Assembly: GCA_965248695.1 (NCBI GenBank)
Contig: CBDFKD010000002.1
Coordinates: 4,256,001 to 4,320,000 of the forward strand
Origin: Acidobacteriota bacterium
Lineage (GTDB): Bacteria; Acidobacteriota; UBA890; WLXD01
Direction: 5' to 3'
Length of the DNA: 64,000 bases
Shown here piece by piece: positions 30,521-40,797 of this stretch. Numbering within the stretch: the stretch's first letter is position 1; each line of letters begins with the position of its first letter. The translations under genes and the position numbers were made by a program. The notes under the pieces are model-generated. The model did no database searches. It was not told the origin of the DNA and saw nothing but the letters and a program-made list of their open reading frames with translations.

Positions 30521-33118
30521 ATGGGAGTCGGTTCGGCCATATCGATCCAGCTGACCGCCGTGGGTGAGTACCAGGTGCCCGCATCCCTGCTGCGAGTCCG
30601 GATTCGAGCATCCCTGCCTCGATTGGTCTGGTACGCCGGATTGACGACAGCGATGTCCTGGTTCGTGGTCCCAGGAGCCAGCGCACAATCGTCGGTGCAG
30701 CAGCGCACGCAGGTGCCGGGTGAGGTCTACCAGGGCGAGCCCCTGAAGGAGATCGGTGCGATCGCCGCGGCCTCGTTGCGGGGTCAGTTCGACCGTGGCA
30801 GGAGCTCGTTTGCCGTCGAGCTCGACGCTCTTCCCGATTCGCAGCGACGCGCGCTGCGGACGGCCAACGAGAAGCCTGGCGCGCCTCTCCAGATCGGTAT
30901 TGAGCGGCAGGTGCCGTCGCGATTCCTGGGCTCGTTGCGTAGCCGCGATCTGGCCTGGGTGGAGATTGGAGACGGAGGAACGGCAGCGACGTTCACAGTC
31001 AGGTCGCCACGAGCGGCTGCGACGCGGCTTGCCTTGCGCGTGGCGAACCTGCCGCCCAGCGCCGAGATCCGCTTCTTCAGCGTCGCGCAACCGCACCAGA
31101 GCTTCGGACCATTCGGTCGCGACGTATTCCGGGCGCATGCACGCGCTGCGGGGTCCGGTGGCGACCCGACGCCTTATTGGTCACCCGTGGTCGGAGGCGA
31201 CTCGATCGGCGTAGAAGTGTACGTACGGCGGCCGACCCAGCGCGACAGCGTCGAGCTGACCATCGAGCGCGTTGCGCATCTGGTCTACTCGCCGAAGTAC
31301 TCCGACCCGGCGGACTTGGTTGACCTGAAGGCCTCACAAGGCTGCGAGATCGACCTTGCCTGCGAGTCCGGCTGGCAGACGGCGGGCAACGCTGTGGCGC
31401 GCATCGTGTTTCAGGACGGCGGCACGTACCTGTGCACCGGGCAGCTGATGAGCGATGGCGATTCCAGCACCACGATTCCCTACTTCAGCACCGCCACGCA
31501 CTGCATCGGCAACCAGGGAGCGGCGAGCTCGATCGACTTCTTCTGGTTCGACCAACGCACGGGATGCGGGGGCGGCGGCACGACCACCCAGCAAACGTCG
31601 GGCGGCGCAGACCTGCTGTATGCATCCGACACTGACTCCGGCACCGACTTTGCGCTCCTGCGGGCGAACCAATCACCGCCTGGCGGTGTCAGCCTTCTCG
31701 GTTGGGATAGCGGTTCGGTCGGCCTGGGCACGCCAATAACCGGAATCCATCATCCGGCAGGCGATGTCAAGAAGATCAGCCACGGTACGCTCAACAGCCG
31801 CGAGCCCTGGTGGGCACAGGGCTTCGACAGCCATCTGCTGGTCAATTGGAACTCGGGGGTTACCGAGGGCGGTAGCAGTGGCTCGGTGCTGTTCACCGGC
31901 AGCTCGTGGCCGGGTCAGCTGTTGATCGGTGTTTTGACCGGCGGCAGCTCCTACTGCTCGGCTCCGGACGATCCCGACCTGTATGGGCGGTTCGATCTGA
32001 GCTATCCCGACGTCAGTCAGTGGCTGGCCTCTGGAGGTGGCGGGGGAGGTGGCGACGACGGTGGTGGTGGAGGTGGCGACGACGGTGGTGGTGGCGGGGG
32101 TGGCGACGACGGCGGTGGTGGTGGCGGGGGTGGCGACGACGGCGGTGGTGGTGGCGGGGGCGATGACGGCGGCGGCGGCACAACGACGCCAGATGCCCCG
32201 TTGACGTTTGCAGTGTCGGTATCGGGGTCGTTGGCGAATTTCAGCTGGACCCCGGCCGCGACCGTGAGCTCTGGCGCAACACGGGCCGGTGGCGTGCCGA
32301 CATCGTTCGTTCTCGAGATCGGTACATCACCGGGAGCCGTCGACGTCGAGAATACCGACGTGGGCAATACCAATTCCGCGTCGGCCACGCTCGACGACGG
32401 CACCTACTACGCGCGCGTTCGTGCGTCGAACGATGCCGGCCCGAGCGATACCTCGAACGAGGAGACGTTCACCGTCGATGGCTCTGGCAACCCGACGGTG
32501 TGTACCGCGGTGCCGGGCGCACCCACGACGCTCACCAACTCGGTGGCTGGATCGACCGTGATGCTCAACTGGAGCTCTCCGGGCGACGGCGCCAATGCTC
32601 CGACGTCGTACCTGCTCGAGGCGGGTACCGCCCCAGGGCTCGCTAATCTAGTGAGCTCCAACCAGGGCAATACGACGTCGCTTACGGCCCACAATGTCGG
32701 CAAGGGCACCTACTACGTACGGGTGCGGGCGGTGAACGAATGTGGCACCGGTGACCCTTCTGCCGACACCGTAGTAGTTGTCGGTGGCGGTGCTGCCTGC
32801 ACGGCGGCGCCAGGAGCTCCCAGCGCACTGATGGCGACCGTCTCCGGATCGACCGTCCGTCTCACCTGGAGTGCGCCAACGAGCACGAGCTCCGGGTCGC
32901 AGAGCTTGTTTCCGCGTGCCAATGAGCCGACGACGTTTATCGTGCAGGCGGGTTCCGCCCCGGGCCTGTCCAACCTCGCGAACGCGAATCTGAACAGCAT
33001 CGCCCCGTCACTGACAGCGGTAGGAGTTGGGCCCGGCACTTACTACGTACGAATCTTGGGACGGAACTCATGTGGCACCGGGCGAGCGTCGAACGAGATC
33101 GTGGTCAACGTAAACTGA
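30521..33118 (+). CDS. Secreted S1 (lysyl endopeptidase-like) serine protease with prodomain, Gly/Asp linker and three FN3-like domains
   Basis: Triad motifs TATHC, DFALL and TEGGSSGS; IHHPAGDVKKIS; repeated PGAP...W...Y...YYVRV domains. Confidence 0.88.
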   Translation: MGVGSAISIQLTAVGEYQVPASLLRVRIRASLPRLVWYAGLTTAMSWFVVPGASAQSSVQQRTQVPGEVYQGEPLKEIGAIAAASLRGQFDRGRSSFAVELDALPDSQRRALRTANEKPGAPLQIGIERQVPSRFLGSLRSRDLAWVEIGDGGTAATFTVRSPRAAATRLALRVANLPPSAEIRFFSVAQPHQSFGPFGRDVFRAHARAAGSGGDPTPYWSPVVGGDSIGVEVYVRRPTQRDSVELTIERVAHLVYSPKYSDPADLVDLKASQGCEIDLACESGWQTAGNAVARIVFQDGGTYLCTGQLMSDGDSSTTIPYFSTATHCIGNQGAASSIDFFWFDQRTGCGGGGTTTQQTSGGADLLYASDTDSGTDFALLRANQSPPGGVSLLGWDSGSVGLGTPITGIHHPAGDVKKISHGTLNSREPWWAQGFDSHLLVNWNSGVTEGGSSGSVLFTGSSWPGQLLIGVLTGGSSYCSAPDDPDLYGRFDLSYPDVSQWLASGGGGGGGDDGGGGGGDDGGGGGGGDDGGGGGGGGDDGGGGGGGDDGGGGTTTPDAPLTFAVSVSGSLANFSWTPAATVSSGATRAGGVPTSFVLEIGTSPGAVDVENTDVGNTNSASATLDDGTYYARVRASNDAGPSDTSNEETFTVDGSGNPTVCTAVPGAPTTLTNSVAGSTVMLNWSSPGDGANAPTSYLLEAGTAPGLANLVSSNQGNTTSLTAHNVGKGTYYVRVRAVNECGTGDPSADTVVVVGGGAACTAAPGAPSALMATVSGSTVRLTWSAPTSTSSGSQSLFPRANEPTTFIVQAGSAPGLSNLANANLNSIAPSLTAVGVGPGTYYVRILGRNSCGTGRASNEIVVNVN
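32033..32179 (+). repeat. Imperfect tandem repeat encoding five (Gly6-8)-Asp-Asp units
   Basis: Repeated GGYGGCGAYGACGGYGGTGGTGG units of 24-30 nt. Confidence 0.9.
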
Positions 33119-33173
33119 TGAACCGCACCGCGATCCCGTTGCTGGGGCCGCGGTCACACGGAGAGAAAGAGCA

Positions 33174-35306
33174 ATGAGAGTTGTCCTTACCGCACGATCG
33201 ACTGCTTCGAACGGCGGGCGTTGGCACCGAGTGCCCAGAAGAGGACTGCGAATCCGGGTCGCGGTGACCTCAAGCAGGCTAGGTTCGTCCGCCGCCTTGG
33301 GGCTAGCGTCGTTGTGGCTCTTGGTCCCGGGAGCGCACGCTCAGTCGATCAGTGAGCAGAGCCAGAGGGTTCCCGGCGAGGTCTATGCCGGCGAGCCGGT
33401 CAAGGAGATCGCAGCGGTGTCTGCGGCAATGTTGCGAGGTCGGTTCGACGGTGCTGCGAGCTCGTTCCGCGTTGAGCTGGAGCCGCTGCCGGAGTCGGAG
33501 CGCCGCGCACTGGTGACTGGTAACGCGAAGCCGGGCGCGCCACTGCAGATCGGAATCGAACGCGTAGTGCCATCGCGGTTTCGGGGCCCGATTCGGAATA
33601 GCGAACTGGATTGGCGGGGGACCCCCGACGGAGGGTTTGTGGCGACGTTCGTCGTGAGGTCGCCAAACGCGGTCGCCACTCGGTTGGCGCTCAACATGTC
33701 GAACGTTCCGCCCGGTGCTCAAGTCAGGTTCTTTAGCGTGGCGCAACCACAGCAGAGTTTCGGGCCATTCGGCCGCGACGACTTCCAGGCGCACTCGCGT
33801 GCCACAACGGACGCCAATGGCAGCTCCGATCTGTACTGGTCGCCAGTGGTGGGTGGCGACGCTCTCGGCGTAGAGGTGTACGTGCGGCGTCAGGTCCAGC
33901 GTGACCGCGTCGAGTTGTCGATCGAACGAGTTGCACACCTGTTCTACTCACCGAAGTACTCAGCCCCGGCGGATATCGTCGACGTCAAGGTATCGCAGGC
34001 GTGTGAGATCGACCTCGCCTGCAGCGCCAACTGGCAGACGGCCGGCGACGCCGTGGCGCGGATGGTCTTTCAGGATGGCGGTACGTTTATGTGCACCGGG
34101 CAGCTGATGAGCGACAGCGATTCTGGCAGCACGATCCCGTACTTCAGCACCGCGACTCATTGCATCGGCAACCAGGGAGCCGCCAACTCCATCGACTTTT
34201 TCTGGTTTGACCAGCGCACCGCCTGCGGTGGCGGTGGCACGACCACCCAGCAAACATCTGGCGGCGGTGACCTGCTTTTCGCCTCCGATACCGACACGGG
34301 CACCGATTTCGCGTTCTTGCGCCTGAACCAATCTCCGCCGGGCGGCGTCAGCCTCCTTGGTTGGGATAGCGGTTTGGCCGGTCTCGGCAGCGCGATCACC
34401 GGCATCCATCATCCCGCCGGCGACGTCAAGAAGATCAGCTAGGGCACGCTCAACGGACGCTCGCCGTGGACAAACCAGGGCGCCGATAGTCACCTGGTGG
34501 TGAACTGGAACTCCGGAGTAACCGAAGGCGGCAGCAGCGGATCGGTGCTTTTCGAGGGTAGTTCGTGGCCTAACCAGTTGCTTGTTGGCGTCTTGACTGG
34601 CGGTAGCTCCTTCTGTAGCGCCCCGAACGATCCCGACTTGTACGGTCGATTCGACCTCAGCTACCCATCCGTCAGCCAGTATCTGGGGTCCGGTGGCGGT
34701 GGGAACGGCCCCAACGCGCCAACGAATATGAGCAACGTGGTCACTCCCGACGGTAACGGTACCTTTCAGGTCGTTTTGAGCTGGGTTGCGCCGGCGACGA
34801 TCAGCGTCGAAGGGGCTAGCGCGGCGGCCTCCTACATCCTCGAAGCAGACGTGGTGTCGGGAGGCAAGGGCCTGGTGGACTCCAACGTAGGCAACGTCAC
34901 CTCGCTCACGGCAACCCAGGTGCCCAACAATACCTACTACGCCCGCGTGCGGGCGGTGGATGCCAACGGCCAGATAGGTGATGCTTCCAATCAGACTACG
35001 ATCGTCGGGAATGGCGGCGGTTGCACGGCTGCGCCTGGCGCTTTCACCGCCTCGAGCACCGTCAACGGCAGCACCGCAACGGTCAACTGGACCGCCCCAC
35101 CGGGAGGCTCGAACGCCGCTACAACCTATTTCCTCCAGGCCGGCTCGTTCGCTGGAGGAATGGATCTGGTCCCGAAGTTCGATCTCGGCAGCGCCAACAC
35201 GAGCTTGGTGGCCACCGGAGTAGCGCCTGGCACCTATTACGTAACCCTCTTTGCCGCGAACCAATGCGGTCAAACGGCGGCGGCCGAGATCAGCATCATA
35301 GTTTAG
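33174..35306 (+). pseudogene. Second S1 serine protease with two FN3-like domains, interrupted by in-frame TAG at 34440-34442
   Basis: Paralogous to 30521-33118 on both sides of the stop in the same frame (KKIS*GTLN versus KKISHGTLN). Confidence 0.85.
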
Positions 35307-35307
35307 T

Positions 35308-35356
35308 GCTCATCGCTTGGCTGATGATCGAGATCGGCTGGCGCGGCGCCTTCTAC
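35308..35356 (+). repeat. 49-bp inverted copy of an internal MFS-gene segment (29756-29804)
   Basis: 47/49 match to the reverse complement; encodes LIAWLMIEIGWRGAFY. Confidence 0.9.
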
Positions 35357-35359
35357 TAC

Positions 35360-35832
35360 CGCGATCACCGGGAGCCACGACCCAGCCGGTGACGTCTAGA
35401 AGATCAGCCACGGGACGCTGAACGGCCGCCAGCCGTGGTGGGCGCAGAGCTACAACAGTCACCTGTTGGTCAACTGGAACTCCCTGTACGGTCGGTTTGA
35501 TCTGAGCTACTCGAACGTGAGCCAATGGCTGGCGGGTGGTGGCGGCGGTGATAACGGATCGACCGTGGTCCTGAATTGGAGCCCGCCCGCAAACGCCGTC
35601 AGCAGCAGTTTGCTCGGCTCCGTCACACGCGCCAACGAACCGACGACCTACATCGTTCAGGCGGGCTCGGGCTCCGGTCTCTCCGACCTCGCGAACAGCG
35701 ACCTGAACGGCACCCACACCCTCGCTGACAGCCGGCGGTGTCGAGCCCGGCACATACTATGTGCGAGTGCTGGCGCGGAACGCATGTGGGACCGGACCGG
35801 CGTCCAACGAGATCGCGGTGGTAGTGAACTGA
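35360..35832 (+). pseudogene. Internally deleted relic of a third S1 protease-FN3 gene
   Basis: Joined pieces: ITG.H.PAGDV*KISHGTLN...VNWNS | LYGRFDLSY...GGGGG | last FN3 domain, with a frameshift near 35720. Confidence 0.85.
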
Positions 35833-35851
35833 ACTGGAGGCGCAACGGGTC

Positions 35852-38380
35852 TTGCGCGCTGGTGTAAACGGTGGTCCGAGGTTGACGGATAGGTGGCGCG
35901 ACGGAGGACGGGCTTTGGTCTCGCCTCGTCACCGGCGCCGGCTAGTGGCCATTGTGATGTTGACGTTGCTCGCGGCGCTCCAGCCGGTGTCCGTGAGGGC
36001 CGATCTGGCGCCGCGCTGGACCGACCGGGAGCTAGTGGGCTTCGCCAAGGTGATCGTTACCGGCAAGGTGACGCGAATCGCCACGCGCCGGGATACCGCC
36101 GTAGATGCGATCTACACCTACGTGACCGTCGAGCTCGACGAGGTCGTCAAGGGCGAACTGCGCCGCAAGCGCATTACGCTCAAGCAGCTCGGCGGACGCG
36201 TCGGCGACCGGACGCTTCTGGTCGCCGGGCAGGCCCGGTTCGAGCTGGAAGACGAGGTGCTGCTTTTTCTCGAAACGAGGCCTCGAGACGCGACGCTCTA
36301 CACGTCCGCGTTCTGGCAAGGCAAATGGAACATCGAGCAGGATCCGACGACGGGCGAGCGGGTTGCTTTTCGCGACATGCCGACCGGCGTCACGCAGCGA
36401 GCCACCGTTCCCAGCGACACCCGCGCGCTCGACCCGTTCCTTGCCACGCTCCGCAGCCTGACGAGTGAGCTGCCGGGGTGGGCGGCCACCCCGATTCGCT
36501 TCAACCCCGGTGAGGCCGCGAGCGCGGTTGCAGATCCCATCGATCCGCTCGGTTTCGGCCTGTTCGGGCCTGGACGCTGGCACGAAGCCGACAGTGCAAC
36601 ACCCGTGTTGATCGATACGCATAGCCTCGGTCAGACCGGACTGGCAGGGTTGGGGGGAGCGGAGATCGCCGCGGCGCGCGGCGCATGGAACGGCAACAGC
36701 TCGCTTGTTCTCGGTGGTGGCGGTTCGACCGGGTTCGGCTGCTTCGGTGATTCGCGCGGTGGTGATGGGCGCATCCGGATCTCGTTCATGGACCCCTGTG
36801 GTGAGATGGACGATTCCGGCGGCACTCTGGCGGCGGCAACGTTCTGGTTCACGTCCGGCCAAGACAAGGTGGTCAACGGCACCACGTTCGTGAAGATGAT
36901 CACCGGCACGGTGATCAACAACAACAGTGCCAGCGCGTTGGCCTACCTCACGAATTCTTCCTGTTTCTACATTATCCAAGTGCACGAGCTCGGCCACGCG
37001 ATTGGTCTCGGTCATTCGGGCGACTCGGGCGCGATCATGTACCCCTTCATCTCCGGCGCCTGCTTCGGCGGCAACCTACCTCTCGGGGGCGACGACATCG
37101 CCGGAGTACAGTTCATCTATCCGACCGAGTCGCCGCCTCCTCCGCCGACGCCGGAATCACCGGGCTCGCCCACGGGAATGGCGACCGTAGTATCGGACAC
37201 GACTGCGACGCATACCTGGTTGGCGCCCGAGGCGTTCGAGACCGTTCTGAATGCCGGCGTGGCGACCTCGTACGTCTTGCAGATTGGCACTGCCAGCGGG
37301 TTGAGCGACGTGTTCAACACCGACGTGGGCAATACCACCACGGCCACTACCACCCACGTTCCGGGCACGTACTTCGCCCGCGTTGTTGCGAAGAACAATG
37401 CTGGGTCGAGCGACCCGTCCAATGAGACGACCTTCGTCATCTCGGCCCCCGACGTCTGTAGTGCTGCGCCGGCGGCGCCGCCCACGATGACCAATACCGT
37501 CGACGGGTCGTCGGTAGCGATCAGCTGGACATCGCCCGGGGGCGGGGTAAATGAGCCGACGTCTTATCTGCTCGAGGCTGGTACCGCGAGCGGGCTGGCC
37601 GATCTGCTCAATGCGGACCAGGGGAATACGACCTCGGTGACCGTAGCCGACGTTGGCGACGGTACGTACTACCTGAGGGCGCGCGCGGTGAACGAGTGCG
37701 GCACCAGCATTGCCTCATCGGAAACGGTGGCTACCGTCGGCAGCGGCGGACCGGGTACCTGCTCGGCGGCGCCGGGCGCTCCGGCAACGCTGACCGGCAA
37801 CGTCACCGGTTCGACAATCACCCTCAACTGGTCGGCCTCGACCGGTGCCAATGCCGCGACCTCTTATCGACTCGAAGTCGGGAGCGCTGCCGGGCAGTCG
37901 GATGTTCTCAACAGCGATCAAGGCAACACGACGTCGTTGATCGCCAGCGGCGTCGGGGCCGGGACCTACTTCATTCGCGTTCGCGCGGCGAACGCCTGCG
38001 CCGTCAGCGGGCCGTCGCCGGAGGTCGTTGTCGGAGTGGGTGGCGGAGGAACCTGCACAACGCCGCCGGGTGAGCCAACGGGCCTGAGCGGGTCTGCCAA
38101 CGGCTCGACCGTTACATTGAGCTGGACGGCTCCGGTCGCAACGGGTCTCGGTGCCGGCGGCGCGGATCGCGTTCTTGCCGCCAACGAGCCGACGACGTAC
38201 CTCCTGCATGTGGGGTCGGCGCCGGGACAGACCGATCTCGGACAGATGGATCTGGGATCTGCGGCGACGTCGCTGGTGGCACACGGCGTTGGTGCGGCCA
38301 CGTATCATGTGCGAGTCTTGGGCCGGAACGCATGCGGAGCTGGTCCAGCCTCCAATGCGGCCACCGTCACGGTGCAGTGA
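35852..38380 (+). CDS. Secreted matrixin-like (metzincin) zinc metalloprotease with prodomain and four FN3-like domains
   Basis: HELGHAIGLGH, Met-turn AIMYP, DDIAG. Exact start uncertain (35852-35957). Confidence 0.88.
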   Translation: MRAGVNGGPRLTDRWRDGGRALVSPRHRRRLVAIVMLTLLAALQPVSVRADLAPRWTDRELVGFAKVIVTGKVTRIATRRDTAVDAIYTYVTVELDEVVKGELRRKRITLKQLGGRVGDRTLLVAGQARFELEDEVLLFLETRPRDATLYTSAFWQGKWNIEQDPTTGERVAFRDMPTGVTQRATVPSDTRALDPFLATLRSLTSELPGWAATPIRFNPGEAASAVADPIDPLGFGLFGPGRWHEADSATPVLIDTHSLGQTGLAGLGGAEIAAARGAWNGNSSLVLGGGGSTGFGCFGDSRGGDGRIRISFMDPCGEMDDSGGTLAAATFWFTSGQDKVVNGTTFVKMITGTVINNNSASALAYLTNSSCFYIIQVHELGHAIGLGHSGDSGAIMYPFISGACFGGNLPLGGDDIAGVQFIYPTESPPPPPTPESPGSPTGMATVVSDTTATHTWLAPEAFETVLNAGVATSYVLQIGTASGLSDVFNTDVGNTTTATTTHVPGTYFARVVAKNNAGSSDPSNETTFVISAPDVCSAAPAAPPTMTNTVDGSSVAISWTSPGGGVNEPTSYLLEAGTASGLADLLNADQGNTTSVTVADVGDGTYYLRARAVNECGTSIASSETVATVGSGGPGTCSAAPGAPATLTGNVTGSTITLNWSASTGANAATSYRLEVGSAAGQSDVLNSDQGNTTSLIASGVGAGTYFIRVRAANACAVSGPSPEVVVGVGGGGTCTTPPGEPTGLSGSANGSTVTLSWTAPVATGLGAGGADRVLAANEPTTYLLHVGSAPGQTDLGQMDLGSAATSLVAHGVGAATYHVRVLGRNACGAGPASNAATVTVQ

Positions 38381-38422
38381 CTTGCGAGCACGATTCCTAC
38401 GTCTCGACCAAGCGAGGAAAGC

Positions 38423-40797
38423 ATGACGTCTGCGGCAGTTTCGTCGAGCAACGGCAAGAGCTGTTTGGCAGTGATGCGCCACCGTACCGCAGTGCGCGCG
38501 GTGGTGGGCGGGCTGGTTTTCGCCTTGGCCATTGCTTACGGCGTGCCCGCTGTGGCAGATATCGCCCCGCTATGGTCGGATGGCGAGCTGGTTCGGTACT
38601 CGAGGGTCGTTCTCACCGGCGAAGTCACCCGCGTGACCTCTCGCTGGGACGACGCTGTCGACGGCATCTACACCTATGTAACGGTGCGCGTCGAGGAGGT
38701 TCTCAAGGGGAACGTGCCGCGTCGCCGCATTACCCTGAAGCAGCTCGGTGGGCACGCCAGGGGGCAGACACTTCGGGTGGCGGGGCAGCCGACGTTCAAC
38801 GTTGGTGAGCGTGTACTCCTGTTTCTCGAGCTGCGTCCGCGCGACAACACCCTGTACACGACAGCCCACTGGCAAGGCAAATGGCGCATCGAGCGGGATA
38901 GCGACACCGGAGCACAGCGTGCCTTGCGCACGGTTCCGGGAGACACGGCGCAGTTACGAATTGACGACCCAGAGACGCGCCCCTTGGCGGGGTTTCTGCG
39001 AACGCTAAGGGCACGTGCGGGGGCCGAGGCCGAGAACAAGGGAGCCGCACCCGTGATTCGCTTCACGCCGCCGGAGTTGTCGGAGGGCAACAGCGATCCG
39101 ATTGACTACGACCCGCTCGACTACACCCTCTTCGGGCCAGGATTTTGGCCCGTGTTCCCTGACCTTGACATACATGCCGCTGGACAGGGCGGATTGGCGG
39201 GCGGCGGTTTCAATGAGCTCGGTGCCGCCCGCGGGGCAATAAACGCAGCCGGATCGGCGCTGAGTATCGGTGCCGGCGCGAACAACGTCGCAGCTGGTTG
39301 TTTCGTGTACTCCTGTTTCTCGAGCTGCGTCCGCGCGACAACACCCTGTACACGACAGCCCACTGGCAAGGCAAATGGCGCATCGAGCGGGATAGCGACA
39401 CCGGAGCACAGCGTGCCTTGCGCACGGTTCCGGGAGACACGGCGCAGTTACGAATTGACGACCCAGAGACGCGCCCCTTGGCGGGGTTTCTGCGAACGCT
39501 AAGGGCACGTGCGGGGGCCGAGGCCGAGAACAAGGGAGCCGCACCCGTGATTCGCTTCACGCCGCCGGAGTTGTCGGAGGGCAACAGCGATCCGATTGAC
39601 TACGACCCGCTCGACTACACCCTCTTCGGGCCAGGATTTTGGCCCGTGTTCCCTGACCTTGACATACATGCCGCTGGACAGGGCGGATTGGCGGGCGGCG
39701 GTTTCAATGAGCTCGGTGCCGCCCGCGGGGCAATAAACGCAGCCGGATCGGCGCTGAGTATCGGTGCCGGCGCGAACAACGTCGCAGCTGGTTGTTTCGC
39801 TGTTAACCGGGGAGACGGGAACATCCGTGTCTCCTTCGGGGACGTATGCCAGGAGATGGACAACTCCGGCGGCACGTTGGCGGCAGCCACGTTCTGGCAT
39901 AACGGTCAGACAACGGTCGTCAACGGCACGACTTTCCTGCACATGATCACCGGCACGGTGATGAATAACGACAGCGCCAACGCGTTGCCGTTCCTTACCA
40001 ACTCGACGTGTTTCTACATTATTCAGGTGCACGAGATCTTGCACGCGGTCGGTATGGGTCACAGTGCCGATCCGAATGCTGTCATGTTCCCGAGCATCAG
40101 CAACTCGTGTTTCAACACGCAGATTCCGCTCGATGCCGACGACATAGCTGGCCTGGTGTTCATTTACCCGGGTGGCGGCGGCGGCGGTGGGAACGGTCCC
40201 CCCAACGCGCCGACGAATATCAACAACGTGGTCACTCCCAACGGCAACGGTACCTTTGACGTCGTTATCAGCTGGGATGCGCCGGCGACGATCAGTGTCG
40301 AAGGGGCTAGCGCGGCGGCCTCTTACATCTTCGAAGCAGACGTGACGGCTACCGGCAAGGCGCTGGTGGACACCAACATCGGCAACGTCACCTCGCTCTC
40401 GGCAAGCGACGTCCCCAACAATACCTACTACGCCCGCGTGCGGGGAGTGGATGCCCTCGGCAACCCAGGTGTGGCTTCCGGAACGACTACCATCATTGGG
40501 AATGCCGGCGGTTGCACGGCTGCGCCTGCCGCTCCGACCAATGTCTCGTTCACCGCCAACAACGGGACGGTAACGATCGACTGGACCGACGCGTCGGGAG
40601 GCGTGAACGCCGCGACCACCTTTTTCGTCGAGGCCGGTGCGGCCAGTGGAGGATCCGAGCTGGCCAATAGCAGGCTGGGCCTCACCACCCGGCTGGTGGC
40701 CAACGGAGTTGGGGCCGGCACCTACTTCGTGCGCATAGTTGCGGGGAACCTCTGCGATACGACGGACGGGCCCGAGATCATCATCGTAGTTTCTTGA
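38423..40797 (+). pseudogene. Second matrixin-like metalloprotease with two FN3-like domains, frameshifted by a 494-bp internal duplication
   Basis: HEILHAVGMGH and AVMFP. Removing one copy gives 1881 nt (627 codons) collinear with 35852-38380. Confidence 0.85.
38810..39797 (+). repeat. Apparently perfect tandem duplication, unit 494 bp (38810-39303, 39304-39797)
   Basis: CGTGTACTCCTGTTTCTCGAG starts at both 38810 and 39304; no differences seen by eye. Confidence 0.95.

Noticed and set aside
30308-31138. Extended N-terminus of the MFS ORF (721 aa in the track)
   Set aside because: Overlaps the protease on the other strand; MFS-like sequence begins at ATG 30307.
32033-32179. CRISPR array
   Set aside because: In-frame Gly/Asp codon repeat with no unique spacers and no cas genes.
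34440-34442. Pyrrolysine or genome-wide TAG recoding, prompted by the nearby MttB-family gene
   Set aside because: The MttB gene has no amber codon, no pyl genes are in the window, and TAG ends many ordinary genes here (etfA, rlmN, purE, rpsU).
30521-40797. Diversity-generating retroelement behind the protease paralogs
   Set aside because: No reverse transcriptase seen, and differences between copies are not adenine-specific.
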